A DNA stretch of 64,000 nucleotides from Candidatus Sericytochromatia bacterium (GTDB lineage: Bacteria > Cyanobacteriota > Sericytochromatia > S15B-MN24 > JAQBPE01). A model generated the notes under the pieces. That model was not told where the DNA came from, searched no databases, and worked only from the letters and a program-made list of their open reading frames with translations. Position numbers and translations under genes: made by a program. The stretch covers positions 123,650 to 187,649 of the forward strand of contig JBBAPZ010000002.1 in NCBI GenBank assembly GCA_040400605.1, in the 5' to 3' direction. This document shows positions 42,079 to 50,714 of the stretch, one piece after another; positions within the stretch are counted from its first letter, which is position 1; the number at the start of each line of letters is the position of its first letter.

Positions 42079-43137
42079 ATGTCAGCGAACGAACTGCCGA
42101 TTCTTGCGTTCATTTTGGGCCATTACAAGAACTTTAACGCCCGTGCGACCCGTGATGCCCTGATTGCTTACTGGCAGCACATCGAAGCAGGCGGCAAGAT
42201 GTTTTGGGCGGTTGCCGGTGCGATGTCCTCGGCGCAGTTGGGGATTACGTTGGCGCCTGCCATCCGTGCGGGGTTGATTCATGGCCTGTCCGTTACCGGT
42301 GCCAACCTCGAAGAGTCGCTGTTTCGGCTCGTTGCCCACCACGCTTACAAAGATTTTCCGGATTACCGGTACTTCACGAAAGCGGACGACACACGGATTC
42401 TGGATGCGCGCATGCGGCGCGTAACGGATACCAGCATTCCTGAGGATGAGGCGTTTCGGGCGGTTGAGCAGATCATCGTGCCAATGTGGCAACAAGCTTC
42501 CCAAGGCGGCGACCGCCGCTTTTGGCACGAGTATTTTTACGATCTGGTGCAGAACCTCGATTCAGCCGCCTGTGAAGGCCCACGCAACGAATGCTGGCTG
42601 TTGGCCGCTGCGGAGGCTGGGCTGCCCATCGTCGTGCCGGGCTATGAAGATTCCACTTTTGGAAACATTTTTGCTTCTTATGTCAAAACCGGTGAGTGTC
42701 GCGCATCGATCGCCAAATCGGGCATCGAATACATGGCTGATTTCTACGACCGTTATGCGGAACTGTCCGAGGGACCCGGCGTGGGCTTCTTCCAGATTGG
42801 CGGCGGCATCGCGGGCGATTTCCCGATCTGTGTGGTGCCCTCCACCAAGTATGACCTGTCGCAGTCCGTGAAGCCGTGGGCCTACTTTTGCCAGATCAGC
42901 GACTCAACCACCTCATATGGGTCTTACTCGGGTGCGACGCCGAACGAGAAAATTACTTGGGACAAACTGACGGAGGATACGCCGATGTTCGTCATCGAAT
43001 CCGACGCGACCATTGTGGCGCCTCTCATCCTCAAGGCGTTGCTGGAGTGCCGGCAGCACCCCGAAACCGCCCGCGCGCTAATCACTGAACACTTGGCATC
43101 CAGCGCCCGTAACGTGGCGCGCTTGCCCGTCGCGTAA
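42079..43137 (+). CDS. deoxyhypusine synthase-like protein
   Basis: TGANLEE, QIGGG, GSYSGATPNEKITWDK, ESDATIVAP. Confidence 0.9.
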   Translation: MSANELPILAFILGHYKNFNARATRDALIAYWQHIEAGGKMFWAVAGAMSSAQLGITLAPAIRAGLIHGLSVTGANLEESLFRLVAHHAYKDFPDYRYFTKADDTRILDARMRRVTDTSIPEDEAFRAVEQIIVPMWQQASQGGDRRFWHEYFYDLVQNLDSAACEGPRNECWLLAAAEAGLPIVVPGYEDSTFGNIFASYVKTGECRASIAKSGIEYMADFYDRYAELSEGPGVGFFQIGGGIAGDFPICVVPSTKYDLSQSVKPWAYFCQISDSTTSYGSYSGATPNEKITWDKLTEDTPMFVIESDATIVAPLILKALLECRQHPETARALITEHLASSARNVARLPVA

Positions 43138-43526
43138 GGATCTTCGTCACAACGCCGGTCCTTCGCGCTTAAAAATCCGCCGTCCGGTAGTATTCGCAAA
43201 TTGCCCGGCAGGGATTCCGAACAGCGCCTGTACCGCGTCAGCAGGGCGCTGATCCTAACAATTGTGATGAGAAACATTGGCGCAATCAATGCCGGCGGAA
43301 TGAATACCGTGGCGCAAACGCCGACACAGCGGGATGAGTTTAACGGCGACTGGAACGACATCTGTTTCGCTAAGATGGCGGAGGCGTCTCACATGGTCGT
43401 TTTCGGGCCCTTGAAGACTGGTTCCAGCAGACTGTTTTCCTGGGATGAGCCTGACGATACAAACTGATCAATGGTTGAGCGTCTGAAGGTGGTAGAATTG
43501 GGGTGTCCGAAAAGGAGACCGCCGTG

Positions 43527-45221
43527 ATGATCCCAGTCGCCAGATTGACCCTCAGCCCGGAGTTCGATGCTGAATGGTTGCAGGCGCGCTACGCCGATTT
43601 GCGCAAGAATTTGCCTGCCGCCTTTGCCGATGCGGATGCGTGGGAGGCGTGGTACTGGAACTGGAACGCGCTGCGCAAGGCTGTTGCGGGCGAGCAGAGT
43701 CGCAGGCATTGTCTGGAATGTCAAGATAGCGCCGACCCGATGGCCGCTGCGGCGTCGCAAGCGATGCGGGAGCAATTGATGCCGTTTGCGCGTACAGCCG
43801 ACGGTGAGTTGCGTCAGGCTTTTTTGAAGGCGGCATGTCGATTGGACCTTGAACGCCGCTTGGGTGAGCGGCTCTTTGTGCTGTTGGCACTTGAAGATGC
43901 GACCTTTCACCCGGCCAACGTGGACTTGCAGCGGGACGAGGCGGCGGTCGTCAACCGTTACAGCCACTTGATGGGAATGGCAACGGTGACGATCGCTGAC
44001 GAAACGGTCACTTTGGTGAAGGCGTTGTCTTTGCTTACCGATAACAGTGCCAGTCGCCGTGCGCAGGTATGGCAAGCGATTGGTACCTGGTTTGCATCGC
44101 AGGGTCTGGCGATTCACGCGATTTTGGATGAGTTGGTGCAATTGCGCCAGCGACAGGCGTTGAATTTGGGGGAGTCGAATTTTGTTGCGGTGGCGTATCG
44201 TCAATTGGGTCGCACGGAGTATGGCCCAATTGACGCGGCTCGTTTCAGGGAGGCGATCATCACCCACATCGTTCCGCTGGCGGCTAAATTGCGAGCCCTT
44301 CAGGCACGGCAACTGGGTTTGGGCACGGAGGCGGTGCGTGGGTGTGACATAGACTATTTTCCTGAGGAGACTTTGGGGCCGGATTCGGTTCCGGTTGTGA
44401 CACAAGTGGCGGCGGCAACGACCGTTTTTGAGCGTTTGCATCCGGATATTGCCAGACATTGGTTGCGCATGCTCGATGAGGGCTTGGTGGATCTTGCCAA
44501 CCGTCCGGGCAAAAAGCCGGGCGCGTTTTCGATTAACCTGGATGACGAGGATCGCGCCGTCATCTTTTGTAACAGCACCGGCGCCCAAAGCGATGTCACC
44601 ACCTTGCATCACGAGATGGGGCACGCCGTGCAGGCCTGGGAGAGCATGGACATCCGTTCGTTGGAATTGCGATCGCCCACGATGGATGCCGCCGAAGTAC
44701 ATAGCTTCGGGCTGGAATACCTGGCGCTGGATCATGTTGAAGCCTACTTCGCGCCCGACGATGCCGCCCGTTTCCGGCGTCTGCGGCTGATGACCACGCT
44801 GGTTCGCTTGCCCTACATGGCCTGTGTGGATGCGTTTCAACATGCCTTATATCAGCAACCCGATTTGACCCCGGCGGCACGTGAGACGTTGTGGGCCACG
44901 TTATGGTCAACATTCATGCCGGGTCTCGATTTTGCTGATGACCCTGCTCAAATCCAGTACCGCTGGATGCGACAGGCGCATATTTTTCATGCGCCGTTTT
45001 ATTATATTGATTATGCGTTGGCCGAGGTTGGGGCCCTGCAATTGTGGCAAGGCGCCCGTGTGAATCGCGAGGAAGCGCTGCAGCGTTATCTGACGATCTG
45101 TCGATTGGGCGGGACGTATTCGTTGCTTGGCATGTTGACGCTCGGTGGCTTGCGTTCTCCCTTTGATGAAGGGGTTGTGGCGGACATCGCGCACGCGATC
45201 GCCGCGGAACTGGGCTTGTGA
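43527..45221 (+). CDS. M3 family oligoendopeptidase
   Basis: RPGKKPGAF, HEMGH, AEVHS, HIFHAPFYYIDY. Confidence 0.92.
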   Translation: MIPVARLTLSPEFDAEWLQARYADLRKNLPAAFADADAWEAWYWNWNALRKAVAGEQSRRHCLECQDSADPMAAAASQAMREQLMPFARTADGELRQAFLKAACRLDLERRLGERLFVLLALEDATFHPANVDLQRDEAAVVNRYSHLMGMATVTIADETVTLVKALSLLTDNSASRRAQVWQAIGTWFASQGLAIHAILDELVQLRQRQALNLGESNFVAVAYRQLGRTEYGPIDAARFREAIITHIVPLAAKLRALQARQLGLGTEAVRGCDIDYFPEETLGPDSVPVVTQVAAATTVFERLHPDIARHWLRMLDEGLVDLANRPGKKPGAFSINLDDEDRAVIFCNSTGAQSDVTTLHHEMGHAVQAWESMDIRSLELRSPTMDAAEVHSFGLEYLALDHVEAYFAPDDAARFRRLRLMTTLVRLPYMACVDAFQHALYQQPDLTPAARETLWATLWSTFMPGLDFADDPAQIQYRWMRQAHIFHAPFYYIDYALAEVGALQLWQGARVNREEALQRYLTICRLGGTYSLLGMLTLGGLRSPFDEGVVADIAHAIAAELGL

Positions 45222-45258
45222 TGCGTCTTTTGGGGAAAGTATGCAAGGGAGGGCGTGA

Positions 45259-45885
45259 TTGGTGGGCGTCTTGAATGTGCTGGGGGCGATCGCAGGCGGA
45301 ATTGCAAGCATTTTTGGATTCGAAGCCGTCGAGGAACCCGCTTACACGGTGTTGCATCGCAGTGATCTTATCGAAGTGCGGCGCTACGAACCTTACGTTG
45401 TCGCATCCGTTGAGGGCAAGCCAGGCTTTAGGGAAAGTCAAAACGCAGCCTTTCGACGGCTGGCAAGCTACATTTTTGGTGACAATCGCGCGCAGCGCGA
45501 GTTGGCGATGACCGCACCGGTGACGATGGCGCCCACTGCGACCCGGCTGGAAATGACCGCGCCCGTTTTAATGACAGCCAACGCGCAAACGTGGCAGATG
45601 TCTTTCGTGCTGCCCCGCGGTGTCACACTGCAAAATGCCCCGGTGCCTCTGGATCAGGGCATCCAATTGACTGAGATTCCTACTCACGAGGTGTCGGTGA
45701 TTCGTTTCAGCGGTGGCTTTGATGAACATGCCTGTCGTGAACAAGAAAGCGTCTTGCGTACATGGCTCACCCAAAGTGCGTGGGAGGCCATCGCCCCGGC
45801 ACGCTACGCGGGCTACAATCCCCCTTTTACCCTGCCCTTTCTCAAACGCAACGAAGTCTTGATTCCCGTCAAGTCCCGCCGATAA
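45259..45885 (+). CDS. SOUL heme-binding family protein
   Basis: EEPAY, EVRRY, FRRLASYIFG, MTAPV, YNPPFTLPFLKRNEV. Confidence 0.9.
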   Translation: MVGVLNVLGAIAGGIASIFGFEAVEEPAYTVLHRSDLIEVRRYEPYVVASVEGKPGFRESQNAAFRRLASYIFGDNRAQRELAMTAPVTMAPTATRLEMTAPVLMTANAQTWQMSFVLPRGVTLQNAPVPLDQGIQLTEIPTHEVSVIRFSGGFDEHACREQESVLRTWLTQSAWEAIAPARYAGYNPPFTLPFLKRNEVLIPVKSRR

Positions 45886-46097
45886 GACAGGGATACCCTC
45901 ACGCGCTTGCTCTGAGTTAAGTCAGTGACTGACACCAATCGTCATGCACCGCATTTCAACGCCCGGGCGCACGGCCTACAGGCAGTGCATCGCGCGTTTT
46001 GACTCCCTGTTTGTGCGCGCGATGCCACACTGACTGATTTGACTTTGTTTAAATTTAAGTTAAAATAAAAACTAGCTTAGATTATAAAGTTTGGGAG

Positions 46098-47357
46098 ATG
46101 GTGATGACGAAGCGCGCGTGGGTCTTGCCGGTGTTGATGATGTCGGTGTTGACCGGCTGCGGTGTGGGTGGGCGTGCGACGTCTGCTGCAGGGATGGGTG
46201 AGCGCGCTGCTGCGGTGCGTCAGCCCTTGGTAAACGATGAGGATTTGGCGGGTCCGGTGACGCCTGTGCGTTTGCAGGCGGATGAATTGGGTCGGGAGGC
46301 GGTCGCGTCGTCGCGTGGCGTCTTGACGTTTCGTGCGCAACAGGTCAAAGAAGGCCGTGTATCGGCGCCCACTGGGAGTGGCGTGCGCATCACCGGTCTG
46401 ATGAGCTATCCCGATTTTGCGGGTCGTTCGATCCCATTGGCGCGTGCCACTGTCTGGGCCGAAGCGCCCGGCAGTGCGAAACGCCTGATTGAGGTTGAAA
46501 CGGATCGCGATGGTCGCTGGGTGATAACCTTGCCCGACCAGTGGCAGGGGCGTGCAGTGAACCTTTATGTCGAACTCGGTAATCGGCGTTGGGGTATTCT
46601 TAACTACCGTTGGGCCGGGCCTGTTTTGTCCGCGTTGGCTGCGGCCAACGATGTGGGAGAATGGCGGCTGGATCCTGCAAGCCAGAATGCGCGCGCGGGG
46701 TTGATTCATCAGATTTGGAACCGGGCGATGGACACGTTTGAGCGCGAGAACATCGCCCTCGATTGGTGGACGAACCGGATTGGTACCAAGTGGCCTGCCG
46801 ATGGCAATTACTACACCATGGGAACGGTGAGTTTGACGGACCCCACGTGGTGGGATGTGAATGGCCATGAAATCGGGCATGCGATCTTCTTCGCGGCTTT
46901 CAACTCAAGCAGCGGCGGCGGACAGCATAAGATTGATGAATGTTATGGCGCTGATCTGGCATGGTCGGAAGGGTTTGCCAGTTTCTTCTCAGGGGTTATC
47001 TCCATCGACCGCCAGGATCCGGATGCGCGTTTCGAGTTTATGGTGCCACGGCGTAAACCGGTGCGTTTGGAAAACGTACCCGACGATGTGTGCAAGGGGC
47101 ACACCAACGAATGGCGGGTGAGTTCCGCGTTTTGGGATCTCTACGACACGAACGTCGATGGTTCGGACCGGGCGAGCCTCAGTTTTGCGAGCATTTGGGA
47201 TGGTTTGGTCAAAACCAGGAATCCCGGTCGCATTCGGGACGCTTTGGATGCGTATCAACGCGTGGCTGCCAAGGCGCCGCAGGATCAGCGTGCCGCCATG
47301 CCGGGGGCCTTTGCCCAAAGTGGCATCACGGTCGGGTTGTTGGCGCAGACCCGCTAA
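46098..47357 (+). CDS. lipoprotein zinc metalloprotease (gluzincin-like)
   Basis: Lipobox LTGC; HEIGH followed by AWSEGFA. Confidence 0.82.
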   Translation: MVMTKRAWVLPVLMMSVLTGCGVGGRATSAAGMGERAAAVRQPLVNDEDLAGPVTPVRLQADELGREAVASSRGVLTFRAQQVKEGRVSAPTGSGVRITGLMSYPDFAGRSIPLARATVWAEAPGSAKRLIEVETDRDGRWVITLPDQWQGRAVNLYVELGNRRWGILNYRWAGPVLSALAAANDVGEWRLDPASQNARAGLIHQIWNRAMDTFERENIALDWWTNRIGTKWPADGNYYTMGTVSLTDPTWWDVNGHEIGHAIFFAAFNSSSGGGQHKIDECYGADLAWSEGFASFFSGVISIDRQDPDARFEFMVPRRKPVRLENVPDDVCKGHTNEWRVSSAFWDLYDTNVDGSDRASLSFASIWDGLVKTRNPGRIRDALDAYQRVAAKAPQDQRAAMPGAFAQSGITVGLLAQTR

Positions 47358-47595
47358 ACGCACTTTTTGCCGTGTATGCCCCAACCGTTAAAGCAGCGAT
47401 CAACTGCTGACACCGAGTGGGCGGCGACTCAGGGAGCAAGAGCAAGCATACCTTGTGGTACTTGGCCGACGAGCGACTACGTTCCTGAGCGTCAGGGCCT
47501 TCGGATCTTCGGGGTGACTTGATCGGCGCGCTTGGCCCTGCGTCGGTTGGGTATCTTGGGAAAAACGGTCGCCGTTCATTATCAAACGAGCATTC

Positions 47596-47874
47596 ATGAC
47601 ACAACCGGTTGATATCTTGATACCTTTGCGGCTACTGGCTGACAGCGCCCGCACAGGAGAGGCTCTGAAGCTGGATTTGGGCTTGACTGATGCGCAATTC
47701 GAAGGCCTTGCGCGGCATTTGTGGCGCGATGGCCTCATTCAGGGGCAATTGATCGCCGGTTGCTGCAGTGCCCCGTGTGGCTTGGCGTGTGTGAGTGCGA
47801 TGAAGATGGCCGTCACGTGGCAGTTGTCAAAAAAGGGTCGTTTGCGGCTCAAGGTGTTGGAGGCCCGCGGCTGA
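47596..47874 (+). CDS. small winged-helix protein with Cys-rich wing (FeoC-like)
   Basis: wHTH pattern (LWRDGLI...WQLSKKG) with CCxxxCxxxC. Confidence 0.6.
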   Translation: MTQPVDILIPLRLLADSARTGEALKLDLGLTDAQFEGLARHLWRDGLIQGQLIAGCCSAPCGLACVSAMKMAVTWQLSKKGRLRLKVLEARG

Positions 47875-47982
47875 CGCTAGTTGCCGCAGCGCGTCTGGTA
47901 CTAGCCAAGGCCCGAAACTGCGGCAGTCAAACCGTCTGCGTGTCGCGCACAAATGAGTGAACGACGTAACGGGCTCATCGGG

Positions 47983-48354
47983 TCAGTCGGCATTGGGCCG
48001 GTTGGGTAACGCGGGCGCGTCAAGCAGTTCCGCGACCGCTTCAAGCACGTTGTTGAGGTCCACGGGTTTGCGCAGGCAGCGCGTGGGAATCATGTCGTTT
48101 GGGTTCAAACGGTCCCAATCCCGGCCTGAGACGAAAAGCGTTGGACGAGCCAGTTTGCGTGCAACTTCAGGGCCGCTCAAAAGGGGTAGAGCGACATCGA
48201 GGACGCATACATCAATGGGTTTTTGATGTCCGATGGCGCACGCATCTTCGCCGTTGTTGGCGACAGAAACGGTGTAGCCCGCTAGAGTTAACACCCGTTG
48301 GAGGACGGAAAGAAAGTGGCGATCGTCATCGGCGATGAGCACGTGGTGGGCCAT
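47983..48354 (-). CDS. single-domain response regulator
   Basis: ADDD, LDVALP, VSG, KP. Confidence 0.88.
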   Translation of the reverse strand: MAHHVLIADDDRHFLSVLQRVLTLAGYTVSVANNGEDACAIGHQKPIDVCVLDVALPLLSGPEVARKLARPTLFVSGRDWDRLNPNDMIPTRCLRKPVDLNNVLEAVAELLDAPALPNRPNAD

Positions 48355-49302
48355 CTAAGTGCGTCCTTCCTGTTCGTGTTCAATCTCATCAGGAGTGATT
48401 TGAAGGTATTGCAAGAGTTGGTCCTGAAGTCGGCCTGGTTGTAGCATGATTTGACCGTTGGCGATCGCATAAAGCTCGGATGGGTCGGTATCTGTCGCCA
48501 CGGCGAGCTGCTCCACGTCAAGACCGCTGTGATACAGTTTGCGCAACACAACCCGTACCACAGGCTGATACGATGAAAGCGGCGGTAAATAGGCCAGCGC
48601 GTCAACGAACACGGGATCCCCGGATGCCTGCAAGCTGTCAAATTGCCGCGCGAGCCAGTCACGCAGCAATTGAGCCTCAAATGACGGTTCGGCCTGTATC
48701 AGCGCCCGAACGTGAGCGTGCATCTGATCCAGCGCATCGTTAAAATGACGGCACAATGCCTCAGGCAAACAGTCTGAGGCCAGTTTCGACAATCTCGGGC
48801 GCCACGTTGCCAGTGGTACATATTCATCAAACACGAACGGGCTGCAATCCGCAGCCGCGGCGAGGCGCTCGATCGCTTCGGGCTCTTTGGGGAATGGCGC
48901 GCCCCCTCGAAGCAACACCTGCACATAGGCCGCGCTGTAACCTTGCACCCGCTCGACAAACATCTGCTCGCTCATGCCTCGCGTGCGCAAGTGTGCCACC
49001 AATCGCCGCGTGGACTCAGGCAAAACTTGCAGCTGTTCCCGGTACTCGCGAAAAATGAATGGCTCCAGTTTCAAAGCGTCGGCAAACGCACGCAAGGTGT
49101 CCCGATTCCGCGGAAATGCGACCTTGCCCAGCAAGATGCGGGAAAGATGATCTTTGGTCAGGCCCACCATCGTTGCCAAATGAACCTGGCGTAAACCGAG
49201 ACGCGCCATGGCTTCCTGAACAACCGACACGGAGGGCGAAATGGTCTGTTCGACCGCCTCAGACATCCTGCGAGGTCGGGGACTCATGCCGGGTCCTTTC
49301 AA
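48355..49302 (-). CDS. protein with three XRE-type helix-turn-helix modules
   Basis: LATMVGLTKDHLSRILLG; FVERVQGYSAAYVQVLLRG; LAVATDTDPSELYAIANG. Confidence 0.75.
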   Translation of the reverse strand: MKGPGMSPRPRRMSEAVEQTISPSVSVVQEAMARLGLRQVHLATMVGLTKDHLSRILLGKVAFPRNRDTLRAFADALKLEPFIFREYREQLQVLPESTRRLVAHLRTRGMSEQMFVERVQGYSAAYVQVLLRGGAPFPKEPEAIERLAAAADCSPFVFDEYVPLATWRPRLSKLASDCLPEALCRHFNDALDQMHAHVRALIQAEPSFEAQLLRDWLARQFDSLQASGDPVFVDALAYLPPLSSYQPVVRVVLRKLYHSGLDVEQLAVATDTDPSELYAIANGQIMLQPGRLQDQLLQYLQITPDEIEHEQEGRT

Positions 49303-49835
49303 AGCGGTCGCAGCGCTCCCAACGCGAGCTCAGCCATCGCCAAGGCCATCAGGTATTCGAAGCCACGGGTACCCAGCATGGCTTGCAACGCAAACGCACC
49401 GTGGCGCAAGGCCTCCAGAAACGGTCGGCGCCGGGACTCGACAAAGACGGCGCCGACCAACAGACCCAAAATCAACCAAAACATCTGATGCAGGACTATC
49501 ACCAGAACAAACGCACCCAGCACGGCCCCCATGATGGTATCCTGCGCCACATACGCGAACCGCAGGCCCATCTGCTTTGACCACCACGGCAACCCCAAGC
49601 TCAACACCGTGATGAAACCCAACGCCCCAAGCGCCCCAAGCGCCATACCGGCGGGCACGCCAGCACGATAGGTGGCCAAGGCCACGTAGACCCACTGGAC
49701 TGCGATAATCAACCACAAACCGCGAAACCGCGGAAAAGCCAAGGTGAGCAACAACCCAACCAGACTCGTGGCATGAACACACCACGACACCCAAAATTGC
49801 CAATCGCCACCAAGAAAACTGACCGCAGTGGGCAT
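49299..49835 (-). CDS. membrane protein (DUF456-like)
   Basis: Highly hydrophobic; GAVLGA, GLLVGAVFVE. Confidence 0.65.
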   Translation of the reverse strand: MPTAVSFLGGDWQFWVSWCVHATSLVGLLLTLAFPRFRGLWLIIAVQWVYVALATYRAGVPAGMALGALGALGFITVLSLGLPWWSKQMGLRFAYVAQDTIMGAVLGAFVLVIVLHQMFWLILGLLVGAVFVESRRRPFLEALRHGAFALQAMLGTRGFEYLMALAMAELALGALRPL

Positions 49836-50590
49836 CAGAAGTTCCGAAGCTTGCGATGCAATCTCAAGAGCTCTTTAAACGCCTTGATGATTACCTTGAG
49901 ATTCGCACCGGTGGCTTTACCACCGACTCGTGGATAGTGCGTCACCGGTACCTCGACCCAACGTACATCCCGTCGCTTCAGTTTGACCAGCATTTCCGTG
50001 TTGATCATCGCACCTTCGCTCTCCGGCAACGCCATCATCAAGCGCTCACGACGGAAAATCTTGAAAGCACAATCAATGTCGCGAACACCCAAGCCGAAAA
50101 GCAGGTCAACCAACGTCCGCCACCCCAATGCATTAAACTTTCGACCCAGATGGTCCTGCCGATGCTCGCGATAACCCAGCACGACATCATGGTCTTTCAG
50201 GTGGGGAATCAACTTGTCCATTTCGCGGATATCAAATTGATTGTCGGAGTCCATAAAAAACACGTGAGCTTTGGTCGCGTGCTTAAATCCTGTCTGCAAC
50301 GCACCGCCATAGCCTTTGTTCGCTTGATGAATCGGACGAATACGCGGATTTTGCGCGTTTAAGGCATCCAAAATGGCGCCGGTACGATCCCTGGAACCGT
50401 CGTTGACAACCACGATTTCGTAGTCGGGCGCAGCACCTTCGAGATAACCTGCACACTGAAGCACAACCTGCTCGATAATATCCTCTTCATTGTAAGCCGG
50501 CAACACAACCGACACGCTGTCGAAGTCTGATTCGATTTTTGCATTGGTTGGCGCTATCGGCGCCACCGGACTGGCTAAGGGGCTGCTCAT
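49835..50590 (-). CDS. glycosyltransferase family 2 (DPM1-like)
   Basis: PAYNEE, NDGSRD, NKGYGGA, MDSD, DIDCAFK. Confidence 0.92.
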   Translation of the reverse strand: MSSPLASPVAPIAPTNAKIESDFDSVSVVLPAYNEEDIIEQVVLQCAGYLEGAAPDYEIVVVNDGSRDRTGAILDALNAQNPRIRPIHQANKGYGGALQTGFKHATKAHVFFMDSDNQFDIREMDKLIPHLKDHDVVLGYREHRQDHLGRKFNALGWRTLVDLLFGLGVRDIDCAFKIFRRERLMMALPESEGAMINTEMLVKLKRRDVRWVEVPVTHYPRVGGKATGANLKVIIKAFKELLRLHRKLRNF

Positions 50591-50714
50591 GCTGATACCC
50601 TCGTGGTTTGAGGCCCGTTGCGGACCGTCTTCGTTTCCTCGCATCACTTTTGTATCATAACAGATTCACCGAATGAACGCTGTGATCGCTGGCCACTGAT
50701 GGTTGTGCCGTTGC

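Noticed and set aside
43389..44843. 484-aa minus-strand ORF, and similar long antisense ORFs (7171-8130, 22496-23371, 59365-60270)
   Set aside because: Shadow ORFs opposite well-supported genes, with no recognisable motifs.
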